Assembly: GCF_006345805.1 (NCBI RefSeq)
Contig: NC_042999.1
Coordinates: 47,740,001 to 47,804,000, forward strand
Length of the DNA stretch: 64,000 bases
Direction of reading: 5' to 3'
Source: Octopus sinensis
Lineage: Eukaryota
This document shows, piece by piece, positions 40,016-54,222 of the stretch. Every line of letters begins with the position of its first letter. Position 1 is the first letter of the stretch. A program made the translations under genes and the position numbers. A model generated the notes under the pieces. That model made no database searches. It had not been told where the DNA came from and saw only the letters and a program-made list of their open reading frames with translations.

Positions 40016-41399
40016 TTTCTGCGTCCACTATTTTACGTTCCCTATCATTCTATCTATCACTACCTCTATTTCAATGTATATCTATATCATTTAGTCTCAC
40101 ACTTAACCTCTCTGCATATTTGCAAGCATCCGAGCCATGTATCCTGCTTAAGGGTACTTCCACCTACTAAATACAGAGGAATTCAATGAAAATGTTCAGA
40201 GGCGTTGTCGCTGCACCTGTGTATAAGCCGAAAACAAGAAAAAAACAGAGAAAAAACAGATTTTCTAAATCTGCCCCTGCTACAGAAAACTACAGTGTCT
40301 GCTATAGAGTAATTACCATGTAGACAACATTAATTTTCGTTGGCATATAAAACGTTAGATAAGTTCAGTTTCTGTATACAACTTACCATATCTATTTCTT
40401 TCGCCAAAGCAGACAGTAAAAGAGTACAATCCAAACGGTATGATCCAAAATTGGATTTTCATGGCTTCGACTGTTCAAATCTGAAAATATATAAAATAAA
40501 TAACGATAACAACAAGAGCCACCACTTCAAAGGCAACAACGACAACCACAACGACGATGACAGCAAATCGAGGATGAATTATTTTGCATTATTGAATCAC
40601 TACATGATTTATATATGTGAAATATGTTAGTTCTCTTTATAATCGCAAGCGGCGCCACCATTTGAAGTCATAGTAGATTTCAGTTTAATAAATATCAAAG
40701 AAAGTATTTGTTTGTTTGATTCTTCTGTAAAGCATGTGCATACATCAATGGATTGCAGAAACTTTGAATGACCTCTCTTGTAGGTGAGATCAACTGATAA
40801 TCTAATATCAGTTAGGATATCAATTGATATTATATAATATCCCAATATGCACAAACGTTATACGTAAAAGAAGAAGCATCGTAATTGCTAACTGAATATT
40901 TTGCATCCTCGGTTTTAATATAAAATAGGTAAATTGTAATGCAGAGTTAACGAAAATATATTTTATACAACGTTGAAATAATTTTTAAATGCTGAATGTT
41001 TGTTAGATGTTAAACTTCAAACTTTGCGCAAACAAAACTTGGCATTTTCGTCACCGCACAGTTTGAGTTGTAATAGATTGCTATTTGATCTTACGCCAGT
41101 AAACATGAATTACTTATCTCAAACTGAGTGCAAATAATGATTGATAATTCCTTCTTCAATCTGGACTCCCCTCACAACTTCTATCAAATATGCAAATCAC
41201 AAATATTATTCTACTATGAAACAAATACATTGTCCTCCGTCTCTAATGTATCTTTCTTGTTTAGTCTACACTTTCTATTTCAGGCTTCATTCTAAAATAT
41301 ATTCGTGTCTGTACATAGATAAAATCTTCTCTCCCTGTCACTCACTGTTCTCACATATTAACAACAAAGACTTCCAGTAAATCTGAATCAGATCTGTTC

Positions 41400-41730
41400 T
41401 CTATCTCGCTGGTTTTATTTATTATCTACCGCTCTGCGAGTCATCTGGCCAGTAGCGGCTGCTGTTCGGTCATGTATCTCCGTGTTACGAGGTTATCTCT
41501 ATCACCTCACCTATCTATGAAGATATCATACTTGCTGACTTCAATGTACATAATATCTCTTGGTTCTCGTACTTTTCCAACACCATGACGGTTTGTGTAT
41601 AAGCCTAATCATTCACGAGTAATATCTCTCAGCAGCAATTACTACCCTCACCTAACCCCATCAGTGACTGTCATACTGATAATTCAAATACTTTAGATCT
41701 TAGCTTCATAGACATATCCATCATCGTTTC
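41400..41730 (+). pseudogene. Decayed LINE AP-endonuclease fragment
   Basis: ..IIYRS..DIILADFNVHNISWF..NTLDL segments. Confidence 0.5.
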
Positions 41731-44164
41731 TGTACCGATATAATTATCCAAAATCTAATCAATGAAATGTAACGTAATTTACAGCAAATATTTATCTTTG
41801 AAATATTTTATCGTATATCAAAGCGACTATGAAGTCCGTGTTATGCTATTTCACAAGAAAAAATATGAATTCACCTATTCAAAGCCGCTAAACAACTGAC
41901 CGAGAGCATGCACCTAGGTATGACTCACCACCTTACCAGCACAATTGAATTCCAATTCGAAAGCAAATAACTTGCTTCTGAGTAGTTTACAGATTCTCAA
42001 TCTAACATGTTGTTACTTGCTAAATCATTAGTATCGCCAAGATTAATCATAAATCTACCCTCGCTATATTCGTTGAAACTTTACACACTGCACCTATAAA
42101 AATAAGTTTGCTTTGTACTTCACTTTTCCCTAATTTCAAATCACTGGCATCCACTGCAAAACCATTTTCTGTGAAATTTCTATAATCCCGAATAAGCTCT
42201 TCAGATTTTTGACCTGCCATTTCCCTCTCCTACATGCCCTATTTTTTTCATTTTTCTCAATGACAATCCGTAGCAACATATGATGGAATGCCACTTTCCT
42301 AAGAATGGTATGGTCCTTGACCGGCTAAAGGCATCACATTGCCCTTATTTGCAGTAATATCGTAGTGGGTTGTAGACAATGGCACACAGTCAATTTTGTC
42401 TCGTGTAATGGCTGTCAAATAAACAACATTGAAAACATATCACATTCTCCACATAAATTCACAAAGACAACAGTCAACCAGGGAACCCCTTGTCTGCATG
42501 CGCAGCATCTTTGGTTACTATGGAAACAGAGTATAAAACACTCGCTTTTGGCTACTATGGAAACACATGTGTAAAATACTCGCTTCTGATTGGCTAGAAT
42601 ACCCAAATTAAAATTTTTTAAAGGCTAATAGCTTTTTTAATTATGGATTTATAGGGGAAATGAATTCCATTTACATAATTAGTATACAAAAGGTAATCCA
42701 TATACGAAATTTGAAAACAATTAGAACAAAATTGTAAACAGCGACAAAAACCACGAAGATACATGTTCTTTAAAAAACCAAATGTCACCTGATATATTTG
42801 AATATTCAAGAGACACGACATACCCATATATTATATTTATAGATAAAGAAATATGCTACTATACATTTTTACACACTAAATTAGATTGATTTATCTTTGC
42901 TCTTTGGAAGCCGCAATTGAGTACTCTGTTTAGCGGTTTATGCTTCAAAGTAGAGCTGTTTCAGCAGAAATGAAACTGAGGCAATACATTTTAGTAGTAG
43001 CTGCATATAAGTTTAAAACGGTTGCCATGTAGCTGTTTATCCACGGTTATTCTATTCATTTTTTTTTTTTTGGCAAAACAACCGTTATTTCAGACTTAAA
43101 AGGCCATACGTAGTAGTGCTTATCTTTCGATGTTTAATTGAAGAAATATCTATAAAATAGAGAAACTAATTTTCACTGATTTAATGAAAAGAATCCATAG
43201 ACTTTCGTTCAATACTCTTGATGAAATATAGGCAATGCCGACATGAATTTTGTCGACTTAAAAAGAGAAAATTGATTGAGAAAAAATGAGTACGCGATGG
43301 TCATCGGAAGATGTATGCACAAATAATATCATTTCTGAACTTAAACTTATTGAAGATCACTTCAATACTATTACGACGTTAGTATTTTAATCTCTGTCCG
43401 TGTGTCAACACATTTTCACACGTATATTTCCACGCATTTTTTAAAAAAATGAGCCACCGTATTTTTCATTAACAGTAGTTTAAAAATTAACTTGTCAATT
43501 AAGTAATTATGTTGCGATGTTTCTATTTGCATAGAGCCATGCTTAATTAATGGAAAAAACTAAAAGCAAAATGCGTAACGTTATTTCGAGTTTCTTTTGT
43601 TCTTTTTTATATAAACAGCACGCAAAAATAAAGAAACAGCCCCCAAGAAATTATTATGCAATGGACAGAAACAAATCAATAATCATGTCGATCCCAAGGA
43701 TACATTTTCAGACAATTTCATGTAAAGTCCGAAGAAGAAGAAACAAGTGTATGCGATATTACATTGAGTAGAGCAACATTTTAAAGGTAATCAAATGAAT
43801 CAAGTTTCAGCCTCACAATTCCATACGGCTTTAATCACTCCATGTATTAGAATACTGATGATGTCTAATTTAAACCATAATATCAGGAATTATGTTGAAA
43901 AAGACTTGGTCCTCAAATCTTTCAAGTAATGCCCAAGATGTATTCCTATTTTAATTTAGTTTTGTATTGAACTTGTCTTTTACTTATATTTTCCTTTCGT
44001 TCAAACAGGGTGTTGCATTATTCATTGCATAATATTTGAGGCATATCTCATTAAGCAACTGGTACTGAAGGCCTTGTTTTCATCAAGATGAGGGGTAGTA
44101 AAAAAGCCGAACTACAGATGAGAAACGGAACCAGGACCTATATCACAATTCCGATACTATTTAC

Positions 44165-44310
44165 CCTTTTATTCTTTTACTTGTTTCAATCATTTGACTG
44201 CGGCCATGCTGGAGCACTACTGTTAGTCGAGAAAATCGTCCGCAGTATTTATTTTTTGTAAGCCTATTACTTATTCTATTAGTCTCTTTTGCCGAACCGC
44301 TAAGTTACAC
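44165..44310 (-). mobile_element. SINE family 1 tail
   Basis: TTTTACTTGTTTCAATCATTTGACTGCGGCCATGCTGGAGCAC. Confidence 0.8.
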
Positions 44311-44586
44311 TAAATGTACCGGAGTAAAAAAAACAGGTACGGTATTGAGCAGCTACTTGAAATATGATAGGCAAAATTCACATGGGTGGGGTGAAAATTT
44401 AACTCATTATACTATATTGTAAATGTTTGCATCAGGTACTCTAACCATTCTCGCAATTCACCGACTGAGAGAAGTTATTCTGACGAAACTAGTGCAAGTG
44501 TCTATTCGAAGAGGATTGAGGTTATATATGGAAATAAAAAATATATATACATATGTGCGCGTGCATGTAAGGGAGAAATCTATCTA

Positions 44587-44620
<34 letters not shown>

Positions 44621-44868
44621 CACGCACAAACTCACATATATATATATACATAGACACATATACATACAACACACACACACATACACACACACACATATAC
44701 ATATATATATGTATGTATATGTATATATATATATATATGTGTGTCTGTGTCTTTCTGCGTACGTACATTCAGATTTCAGAATCGCAAACACCGTGGATGT
44801 GTATGTATGCATGTATATATGTATGCATGTATGTATGTATCTATCTCTCTCTCTCTCAACAAACACAC

Positions 44869-44923
<55 letters not shown>

Positions 44924-44937
44924 TGTACATGTTAATG

Positions 44938-44988
<51 letters not shown>

Positions 44989-45808
44989 AGAGAGAGAGAG
45001 ATGAAGTGATAGACAGATGTACAGACACACTTATATATGCATATCTACATATATAAATACACATGTATAAATAAGTGTGTACGTATGCATGTGTGTATGT
45101 GTGTGTACGTGTGTGCCTGTGTCAGTGAATGTACGTGTGTGTACACATGTTTAAGCATTATCTGTCATTACCTCTAACCTTTCTTTAAATTTCTACAAAT
45201 ATGTTGTCTTTTTCTCTTTATTTTCATCGCTGTACTGGCATTTACCGCACCTCACAAACACTTGTAAGACCTTCATATTCCTAAGTTTGCACTTTTCCGC
45301 TTTATTCGGTACTTTAAATAGAAGGAAAAAAAATTGTAAGCCTCTTTGATCCCAATTTATTTAGCCTGTAATACAAGCTGACATTTTATCGCCATTCGAC
45401 AAATTAATTCGCATTACAGAATCTGTTCAGGGAATAACAATTAATACTTAACATTGTCAACATTAATCACTATAATTCCTAATTTAATGTTTGTCGTTGT
45501 TTAAAACAGGAATGATTAGCACCAAGCAGTTATTGTCCCTTCGTTATTACAGCGAATTATTAATCGTTATAGTAGGAGAAATCGGCTGGAAAGTAGATTA
45601 ATGACGTTGGACGAAACCGGCAACATGAGATTAAATTGAGAAAATGGCAAGAGATAAAAACGTACACCTTGTTTTGCAATGATGAAACAAGAAAACACTC
45701 CGTGGTTTCAAAAGTATGCGTGTACACCCACTCACTCTTCTACAAACATGTATGTATATATGTGTGCATGTAGGTAGGTTTATGTAAATATATACATTCA
45801 CACACACA

Positions 45809-45874
<66 letters not shown>

Positions 45875-45879
45875 TTATC

Positions 45880-46060
45880 TTTTATCTTTTACTTGTTTCA
45901 GTCACTGGACTGCGGCCATGCCGGGGCACCACCGCCAAGGGATTATAAGAAGAAATCGTCCCATCGGTCATGTTTAGAGCCTGGTAATAATGATATCTAT
46001 CGCTTTTAACTAACCACTAGGTAACGGGAGTGTAAACAAACGAACAGAGGTTGTCAAACA
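45880..46060 (-). mobile_element. SINE family 1-related tail (diverged)
   Basis: TTTTACTTGTTTCAGTCACTGGACTGCGGCCATGCCGGGGCACC. Confidence 0.6.
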
Positions 46061-46646
46061 CTTTTTACAAACACTTTTTATTGCAATAACACAAACGCAC
46101 GTGGAAAAAAAATGATGATGCTACGATTCTCTCTGGTCGAACACAACTTCTCTATTCACAAACAATACAGAACCGCCCTTCCTTAATTTTTCTTAAGCCT
46201 AATAGTAGTAAACATCTGAACTTTTTTTTACCGATAGGACCGCACCTAAAGAAAAAAAAAATATATCACTGATGGTGATGGTGATGTTGGTGATGATGAT
46301 AATAATGATAGTAATAGTGCTGATAATCTATCTCTCTATCTACACACGCACTCAAAGAGTTCAACCAACACACAGAAAGTATTATTTGACAGGCAAGAAC
46401 TCTAGTGTTGAAGACAGTCAGCCAGCCAACCACCAAGCCAGCCAACGAGACAGACAGACACTACTGTGATGGTGATAAGGATAAAAAAACAAAAATAACA
46501 ATAATAAGATACTGCTGTGACTACACATAAAACAATATCATTGATGATGATGATGGTGATGGTGATGGTGATGATGATAATGATGATGGTAATGGTGGTG
46601 ATAATGATGATAGTGATGGTAATGGTGATGATAATAACAATAATAA

Positions 46647-49600
46647 GCCGACTACGGCTGCTATAATGGTACGATTACAATTGTAACGGCAATGATGGCC
46701 GTCTCCCCACGAGCCAATCAAAGCTAAAAAATGATAACATTATCGTAGCACCAAAATATTTTTGGAAACTAAAAGGAAAACTATATCAGTATACCAAATC
46801 GCTTGTCCTATGGTTAATCTGGAACCGCGTCCCCCAGGGAAGAGCCAGCCTGGGATCGAAAAGTCATCAACTGGCACAAACTCTTCTCCGAATACGGACA
46901 TGGATGGTCACTTGAACGGGAAATCCCCCAACTCGAGCCCTCCAAGTTCACCACCACAACCACCACAGAAAGAAAAATGTAAGCGGAACAAATGGACCCG
47001 AGAAGAGTATAAAGAAGTAATATACGCTTATTACTATGCATTAGGTAGGCCATCTCAAGAGAGACACACCGCAAACTCTTACAGTATATGGAGAACACGG
47101 AATCAAGACAGTAGGCCCTATTTGGACGAGAACAAATTAGCAAATGTGAGGGGGGATATCTTTAGAAATAACAGACTCACAGACAGTGAAATAAGCGCGA
47201 TCAAGCACGCAACGGAAAATGACATAAATATAAGACACAAAGGAAATGAAGAATCAGATGAACAGTATAGCACGCCACGAGGCTTAATTGAAAGACTGCC
47301 ATCTGACCAAAGTAGGCAAAGGCCTGAAGATACAAGAAATTCTATTGTACCAGTTAAAGATAGCCAAGAAAACGAAAAAACAACAGTAACTGAAGATCTC
47401 GCATTTGCTGAAGAACACAGAGAGTCTATGGCAGAAATGAGGCAGAAAATCCTGAATATGCTTGAAGTTGTAAGACATACAAGTATGAATGATAGAGAAC
47501 CGCTTCATAAACTCTCAAATACAAACCAAAATAAAAAACAAATCCAAATTGGCAACTATGTAACAAATGAAATAATACGAGAATTAAAACCTGATTTTAC
47601 TGAGTTAAATGGAATTATTTACGCTTCTGCTAGGGCAATTGAAACCAGCTGTATGCCCCCGAAAAAACAAAGAAAACAAAACCTGGGAAGAAATCAAACC
47701 TGGAGAAGTAAAATTGAAAAAGAGATTGAATTTATGAGAGGGGAAATATCAATATTAAATGAACTAATATGTGGAAATGATGTAAGATCCAGAACAGGAA
47801 GAAAGATGAAGAGAAAATTTGGATCCTCACCAAGAGAAGAACTGATATCAATAAAAGAACGCTGAAACAAAAATTCCAAGCAAAAGCCCAAAGAATACGA
47901 AGATTTGAGAAGAGAAACAAGTTTTACAAGCAAAATAAGCTGTTCACATCCAATGCCAAAAAATTCTACAGAGAAATAGGGAAGGAGAAAGTAACTATTA
48001 AAGACCCCCCTCCCATGGAAGAAGTTCAAAACTTTTGGAAAAGGATTTGGAGTGACTAGAAGACGTACAACATAAATGCAGACTGGATTATACAAACTGA
48101 AGGATCCTACCAAAATTTACAACAAGCATGGGAAGACATCACAATAGCAGACCTAAGAAAGGCACTCACGAAGGCCCATAATTGGAAATCCCCCGGTAAA
48201 GATAGGGTGCCGAACTTCTGGCTCGCATCGCTCCCATGCGCACACGGTAAGCTAGTTCAGCTGCTCAATGGAATTATGAGAGACCCAAAGAAAACACCTG
48301 AATGGTTAGCAAGTGGCATTACTTACCTACTCCCAAAGAATAACGAAACCAACCTTCCAAAAAGCTATCGGCCTATAACCTGTCTATCCACCACGTATAA
48401 AATCCTAACATCTATCCTGGCGGAGAAAACATATGCATTCATGGAGAAGAACGATATTTTCCCCGTTGAACAAAAAGGGTGCCGCCGAGTCTCTTACGGA
48501 TGCAAAGATCAACTGCTAATCAATCGTATGATCCTTGAGAACTGTCACAACAAGCGCAGAAATCTCAGCACCGCATGGATTGACTATGAAAAGGCCTTCG
48601 ACAGTATACCGCATCCATGGATCTTGAGATCGCTGGACATCTTCAAAATTTCCCCTGTGATTTCAAACTTCCTGAAGCACAATATGTCGTTGCGGAATAC
48701 GAATCTCCAATTATACCACTCTAATGGAGTACTTGCCTCAGAAAATATAAACATCAACTGTGGAATTTTTCAAGGTGACTCACTTTTACCTTTAATATTC
48801 TGCATAGTCCTAATACCCCTTACAAGTGAATTAAACAGAACAGGGTATGGGTATAAAATTGCCAATAAAAAAATAAGCCATCTATTTTATATGGATGACT
48901 TAAAACTTTATGGTAAAGACAATAATGAACTTGAAGGCCTATTGCGCACCGTGAAAGCATTCAGCGATGACATCGGGATGGAGTTTGGACTTGAGAAGTG
49001 TGCCAAGGCCACTTTCCAGAAAGGGAAAGTGAAGACCACAAATTCAGTCGTGTTAGATGTTGACACAGTCATAAGAGAGCTTGAGCAAGAACAAACATAC
49101 AAATATTTAGGGATAAATGAAAGCTCTGGTATTCAGCATGCAAGCATGGAAGAGAAAATCAGGAAGGAATGTTATAGGAGAGTTCGTGCAGCCCTGAAAT
49201 CTGAACTAAATGCACGTAACAAGGTGTTAGCTATAAATTCCTTAGCAGTTTAAGTTGTTACTTATAGCTACAATGTGTTGAACTGGAATATGAGTGAAGT
49301 AAAGAATATAGATAGAAAAATACGCAAGGTGCTGAGTTGTAATAGGATGCACCACCCAAAGGCAGACGTAGATCGCCTTTACCTTCCCAGAGCCCAAGGA
49401 GGTCGAGGCCTGATCCAATTTGAACTAGCTTACAAAACAACCACAATTGGACTGGCCAAATATCTCGAAATATCGAATGACTGGATGCTAAAGCTCGTGG
49501 AAAATCACGAGAGACGAAAGAAGCTCCATTCTATCATCAAGGAAAGCAAAAAATTTGCTATTGATCTCGTGCAGGATACCCAAACTGAACAACCCGAGGG

Positions 49601-50626
49601 AAGTACGGCAACTATTGTTGCAAAGAAGGTGAAAATGATGGCAATGAAAAAAGCGCACGAGCAATTGGCTGATAGGTGGGAGGAGAAACCTCTGCACGGC
49701 AAATATGTGACCCGCAGCAAACAAGCTGATGTCGACCAGAAGCAAACCCATCAGTGGCTGCGGAGCTCAGGGCTAAAAGCAGAGAGCGAAGGTTTCATCC
49801 TGGCTGCTCAAGACCAAAGCCTATTAACCCGGAACTACCAGGCCAATGTGATGAAAAATGGAGCAGACCCAAAATGCCGATTCTGCAACGACATGATTGA
49901 AACAGTGGACCACCTAATCTCTGGATGTAAAGTCTTAGCACCAGTGGAGTATAAATTAAGACATGACAGAATTGGCCAATATCTCCACTGGCTAATAAGT
50001 CGGCATTACAATATCAAAACTGCCGACAAGTGGTATAATCACCACCCTGAGGCTGTAACTGAAGGAGAAAATGTAACCATTCTGTGGGACTTTCCAGTAC
50101 ATACAGACCGAACCATCAAGGCCAATAAACCATCAAGGCCAATAAACAGATATTGTTGTGAAAGACCAAAACAATAAAGTTTGCTTATTGATGGACATGA
50201 GCATCCCCTGTGATCATAATATCTTAGCGAAAGAGTTTGACAAGCTCAGAAAATATAAAGACCTACTCATTGAAATTGAGAAAATGTGGCATCTCAAGGC
50301 GGTTACAATACCAGTGATCGTAGGAGCACTAGGAATGATCAAGAAGGGAACCGAAAATTATATGAGAATGATCCCTGGCTTACCATCCCTGCAAGAAGTG
50401 CAAAAGATTGTCTTAACTGGTACATCACACGTATTGAGAAGAGCATTGTCGATGTGAGAACTGTTGCTGCTCATGTATTTTAATTTAACTTTAAAAAAAA
50501 AAAAAAATGAACGAACTACTGAGTTTGGTTTAATGGCCTACCAATATACACTATGAGTTTCTTTGCCCTAGGAGTCGGGAAGACACTCGGCAAGAAATGG
50601 AAGAAAATTTGAAAGAAGAAAAAAAG
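46647..50626 (+). mobile_element. Apparently full-length R4/Dong-like RLE non-LTR retrotransposon, ORF disrupted
   Basis: Single ORF in pieces 46762-50457. RT motifs: KSPGKD, YRPITCL, IDYEKAFDS, GIFQGDSL, YMDDLKL, YKYLG. CCHC knuckle CRFC..HLISGC, then RHD..WD..D(IVV)..D..KY RLE motifs. Lesions: frameshift ~47862, stops 48057 and 49251, 17-bp duplication 50113-50146. Followed by (TAA)n 50627-50760. Confidence 0.93.
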
Positions 50627-50672
50627 TAATAATAATAATAATAATAATAGTAATATAATAATAATAATAATA

Positions 50673-50766
<94 letters not shown>

Positions 50767-51241
50767 CAGAGTTAGGGAGTATAACTGTAAACATACAGGG
50801 AAAAATTCAATTTAGTATTAAATCAAATTCACAATATAAATATATAATATATATAAATTAGAGAAAGAAAAAATATATATTAATGTATATATGCACGTGT
50901 ATGGATGTGTTTGTATAAATACTAATTAAGCTGATGATGATAAATAAATATATATTTAATTAAATAGACATAAACAACGAACACACGTACAAACATGTAT
51001 GTATAAAGTATATTGTGAAGAAAATTAATGGAATTAAAGTATTTATTGCAGATATGTCTCTAGTACACTTAGATTGATTCGTTAATTCGGTTAGAGTTTG
51101 TCAGCTTTCAGATTTTGCAAAGCGTAGGTAGGTTACGGATGGGTCTTCACATACATGCTTCTGTATATGCGAGTATGCAAGTATGTATTGATCATGCACA
51201 ATCACCTCTATGTCTGTACACATATACACACCCACACGAGG

Positions 51242-51273
<32 letters not shown>

Positions 51274-51351
51274 ATTTATACATATATATATATATATATA
51301 TCGCTAAATACACAAGTTATTTATTCTCTCTCTGTTTATTTTCTCTTATTC

Positions 51352-51387
51352 CTTTCTGTTTAAGAGCGTAGGCTCGAAATGTAAAAG
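51352..51387 (+). ncRNA. Decayed minimal hammerhead (Penelope pLTR-like)
   Basis: CTTT-CTGTTTA-A-GAGC-GTAG-GCTC-GAAA-TG-TA|AAAG; stems I and II intact, core mutated. Confidence 0.55.
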
Positions 51388-51473
51388 ACTTTCTTACTTT
51401 CCCGAGCGTCAAATTAATACACCTTCTTGTTGTTCACGCACCTGTCTTCGTCTTTTGTCTTTCTGTAAATTTC

Positions 51474-51518
<45 letters not shown>

Positions 51519-51819
51519 TAGATAGATATAAATATATACTTACATATACATGTAAATTAATCTTTAACATTAACGCGATTATTGGCAGTGACTTTCGTCC
51601 AGCTAATCCATCATCAGACAGCTTCAGGATGGTATATCTAGAAGAAACTTCGAAGTGACTTCCAGTACTATTCTCGATAAAGTATAACAATTTGGACGCT
51701 GCATATTCACTTTAATGTAAATTTGATTTTCTATAACGCAAAAGAAAGAAGACACACACACACAAACCCGAACACACAAACACAAGCTACACGCTCTGAT
51801 CTATCTATCTATCTATATA

Positions 51820-51886
<67 letters not shown>

Positions 51887-51917
51887 TTATCTCTCTCTCT
51901 CTGTCTCTCTCTCTCTC

Positions 51918-51969
<52 letters not shown>

Positions 51970-52681
51970 TACGTTTGGTATATTATGTGTAGCTTTCTTC
52001 TAAAAGGAAGCCAAATTTACATAAAACAGAAAGGCGACAACCTGGCGTCGAATGGTTAGGAATTTTGTTCTCTGTATATTTGAACTTGATCTTTCGTTTA
52101 AGAGTAACCTCATCACGCAATGTCACTTAGTTATTGATCTATGCTGGCACCAATGCACGTATGTCTAAATTGCAGTTGACAAGCTATCGGAAGTTGAACA
52201 ATCAAAAATTTTGATTGCAGCATTTTATGTAGAATTACGCTTCAATTTAGGAAAATCTTAACGAAGACATTTCTATTATGGTAAAAGTCTTGTGGAGTGG
52301 ATTGTTTAAACTATATGTATTTTCAGTAGTCATAGCAGCATTTCAAATTCAGATAAACGTCCAACAATTATGATCCTTATTCTGGAAGATTATCCATGAC
52401 ATCGGATTACAGTCAGTTTGAGAAATTGCGTGCCAGTATCTAACGAAAGTGTGGATGTCTGTCTTAAAAATTTCAAGGAAGTAATCATTCTTAAAATTTC
52501 GTGCGACAAGACTCAAAACGAAAGATGCAAATAACAAATGTTGCTGCAATATTTATGAACAAATAGGGATCGTAAACAATTGTTTAAAAAGTTTTGTAGT
52601 TTAACTACTGATGATTAAGTCATGGCAGATGATTAAATGAAACATTTGGCTAACGTTGCTCACTGTCATGAAATACATACA

Positions 52682-52740
<59 letters not shown>

Positions 52741-52747
52741 TATATAC

Positions 52748-53010
52748 ATTAACAATTGAGGATAAAATATTTAAAAGAAATTATCAGTAGTCAGCGTGAA
52801 AAACCTCGTAAGAGAAAAAATCCGTAAATTCTTCCTCTTTGAAAATATTCATTTATATTTTATATTATATTGAGGGTACTACTATTCGTAGATACCAACA
52901 CGCTAAGAGGGACCAATGTGGTCAAAACTACTAAAAATATTTTTAGTAGTTTTGACCACATTGGTCCCTCTTAGTGTGTTGGTATCTACGAATAGTAGTA
53001 CCCTCAATAT

Positions 53011-53016
<6 letters not shown>
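52748..53016. repeat. Interspersed repeat ending in a 156-bp spacerless palindrome (52861-53016)
   Basis: 78-bp arms with 1 mismatch, centred on AAAAAT|ATTTTT. 52748-52945 recurs inverted at ~59034-59235. Confidence 0.85.
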
Positions 53017-53042
<26 letters not shown>

Positions 53043-53065
53043 CATATATATATATACATATATAT

Positions 53066-53096
<31 letters not shown>

Positions 53097-53597
53097 ATAT
53101 ATATATAATATATATATATATATATGTACATATATATATATATATATATGTGTGTGTATATATATATAAATACATATGCATATACATACATATACTTATA
53201 CATATACATACATACATATATATAGATAGATATATGTATGTGTGTGTGCGTTTGTGAGTATGTGTGTCTGTGTAAAAATTAATGCTTACAAGGTCAGAAA
53301 CATTATCAGAAAAGTTCATTTATTAAAAGGATGTCTTTTATCAGGCTTTTATACTGTTATCGGCGACCATATGGCATCATACAGCAGGGTTATTCCTTGA
53401 GCTGGATAAAGATGTGGAAATCCATTAGTGTATAGAATTTATATAAAAATTTATAGACGTCAGAATAATCAAGCTCAAAATATATGTTACAGCATTAGTC
53501 TCTGTGTGGTAGCAACAGCTGCAAGTTGTTGAGTCTTCAGTCTCATACCATTACATATATTATTTTATAAATAATTACATATTTAATAAGAATACCC

Positions 53598-53928
53598 AAA
53601 GAGTGCAAACCTCCGCCAAGCCAGCACCAACAATTAGCATTCTCTCAACGATTAGTCAGAGATGATTTTTAAAATGAGAATATCTAAAATAAACGCGACT
53701 GCTTTCACAATAAAGAATACTAAAAAATGAACCCGACCGCTTCCAAACCTTAAGTAAAAAAAAAAAAACAGAAAAAGAATCCAGAATCCTTGTCTGGTAG
53801 TGGATCAGTTCCGAAATCTAATCAGTTCGTGCCAGTGACGAGGATAAACATCCCTGAATTTTTCATACGAATCCATCCAGCGGTTCTTGAGATATATATT
53901 GTCCAACCTTTGCTAAGGCGGAGGTAAT
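53598..53928 (-). mobile_element. Putative non-autonomous Helentron/HINE-like element
   Basis: Inverted ACCTCCGCC / GGCGGAGGT ends resembling a recalled widespread TTACCTCCGCC..GGCGGAGGT element class. Confidence 0.45.
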
Positions 53929-53984
53929 TATGATCCACCAGCAACTGTGTGTTCACAATTCATCAGGCAGCACTGCTGGATCAC

Positions 53985-54222
53985 GTTGTGAGTGTTTATT
54001 GAACGAAAACACCTAAAGCTCCACGAGCCTCCAGTAGGGGATGGAGGCGATCCCTGCTGTACTCTTTCGCTACAACTTTCTCTCACTCTTTCTTCTCTTG
54101 GCCTGCGCGCTTAGTCAGTGGGGTAACGTCATTTGAAGGCTAAATCAATGCGAAGCACATTGTGACCATCGATGTGTAACAACATCTGATAGCGTATTCA
54201 GTCACGGTGATCACGGTGATAT
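53985..54222 (+). mobile_element. SINE family 2 (tail B), head decayed
   Basis: GTTGTGAGTGTTTATTGAACGAAAACACCTAAAGCTCCACGAG core. Confidence 0.8.

Noticed and set aside
46647-46760. HDV-like ribozyme at the 5' end of the Dong-like element
   Set aside because: A CTCCCCACG segment is suggestive, but consistent P1/P2/P3 pairings could not be built by eye.
51580-51625. Hammerhead on the minus strand (CTGATGA..GGAC-GAAA-GTCACTG)
   Set aside because: Stems I and II do not pair and the cleavage position is G.
52605-52655. Hammerhead-like CTGATGA-TTAAGTCAT..ATGATTAAAT-GAAA
   Set aside because: Stem II is plausible, but U16.1 is absent and stem I pairs only 2 bp.
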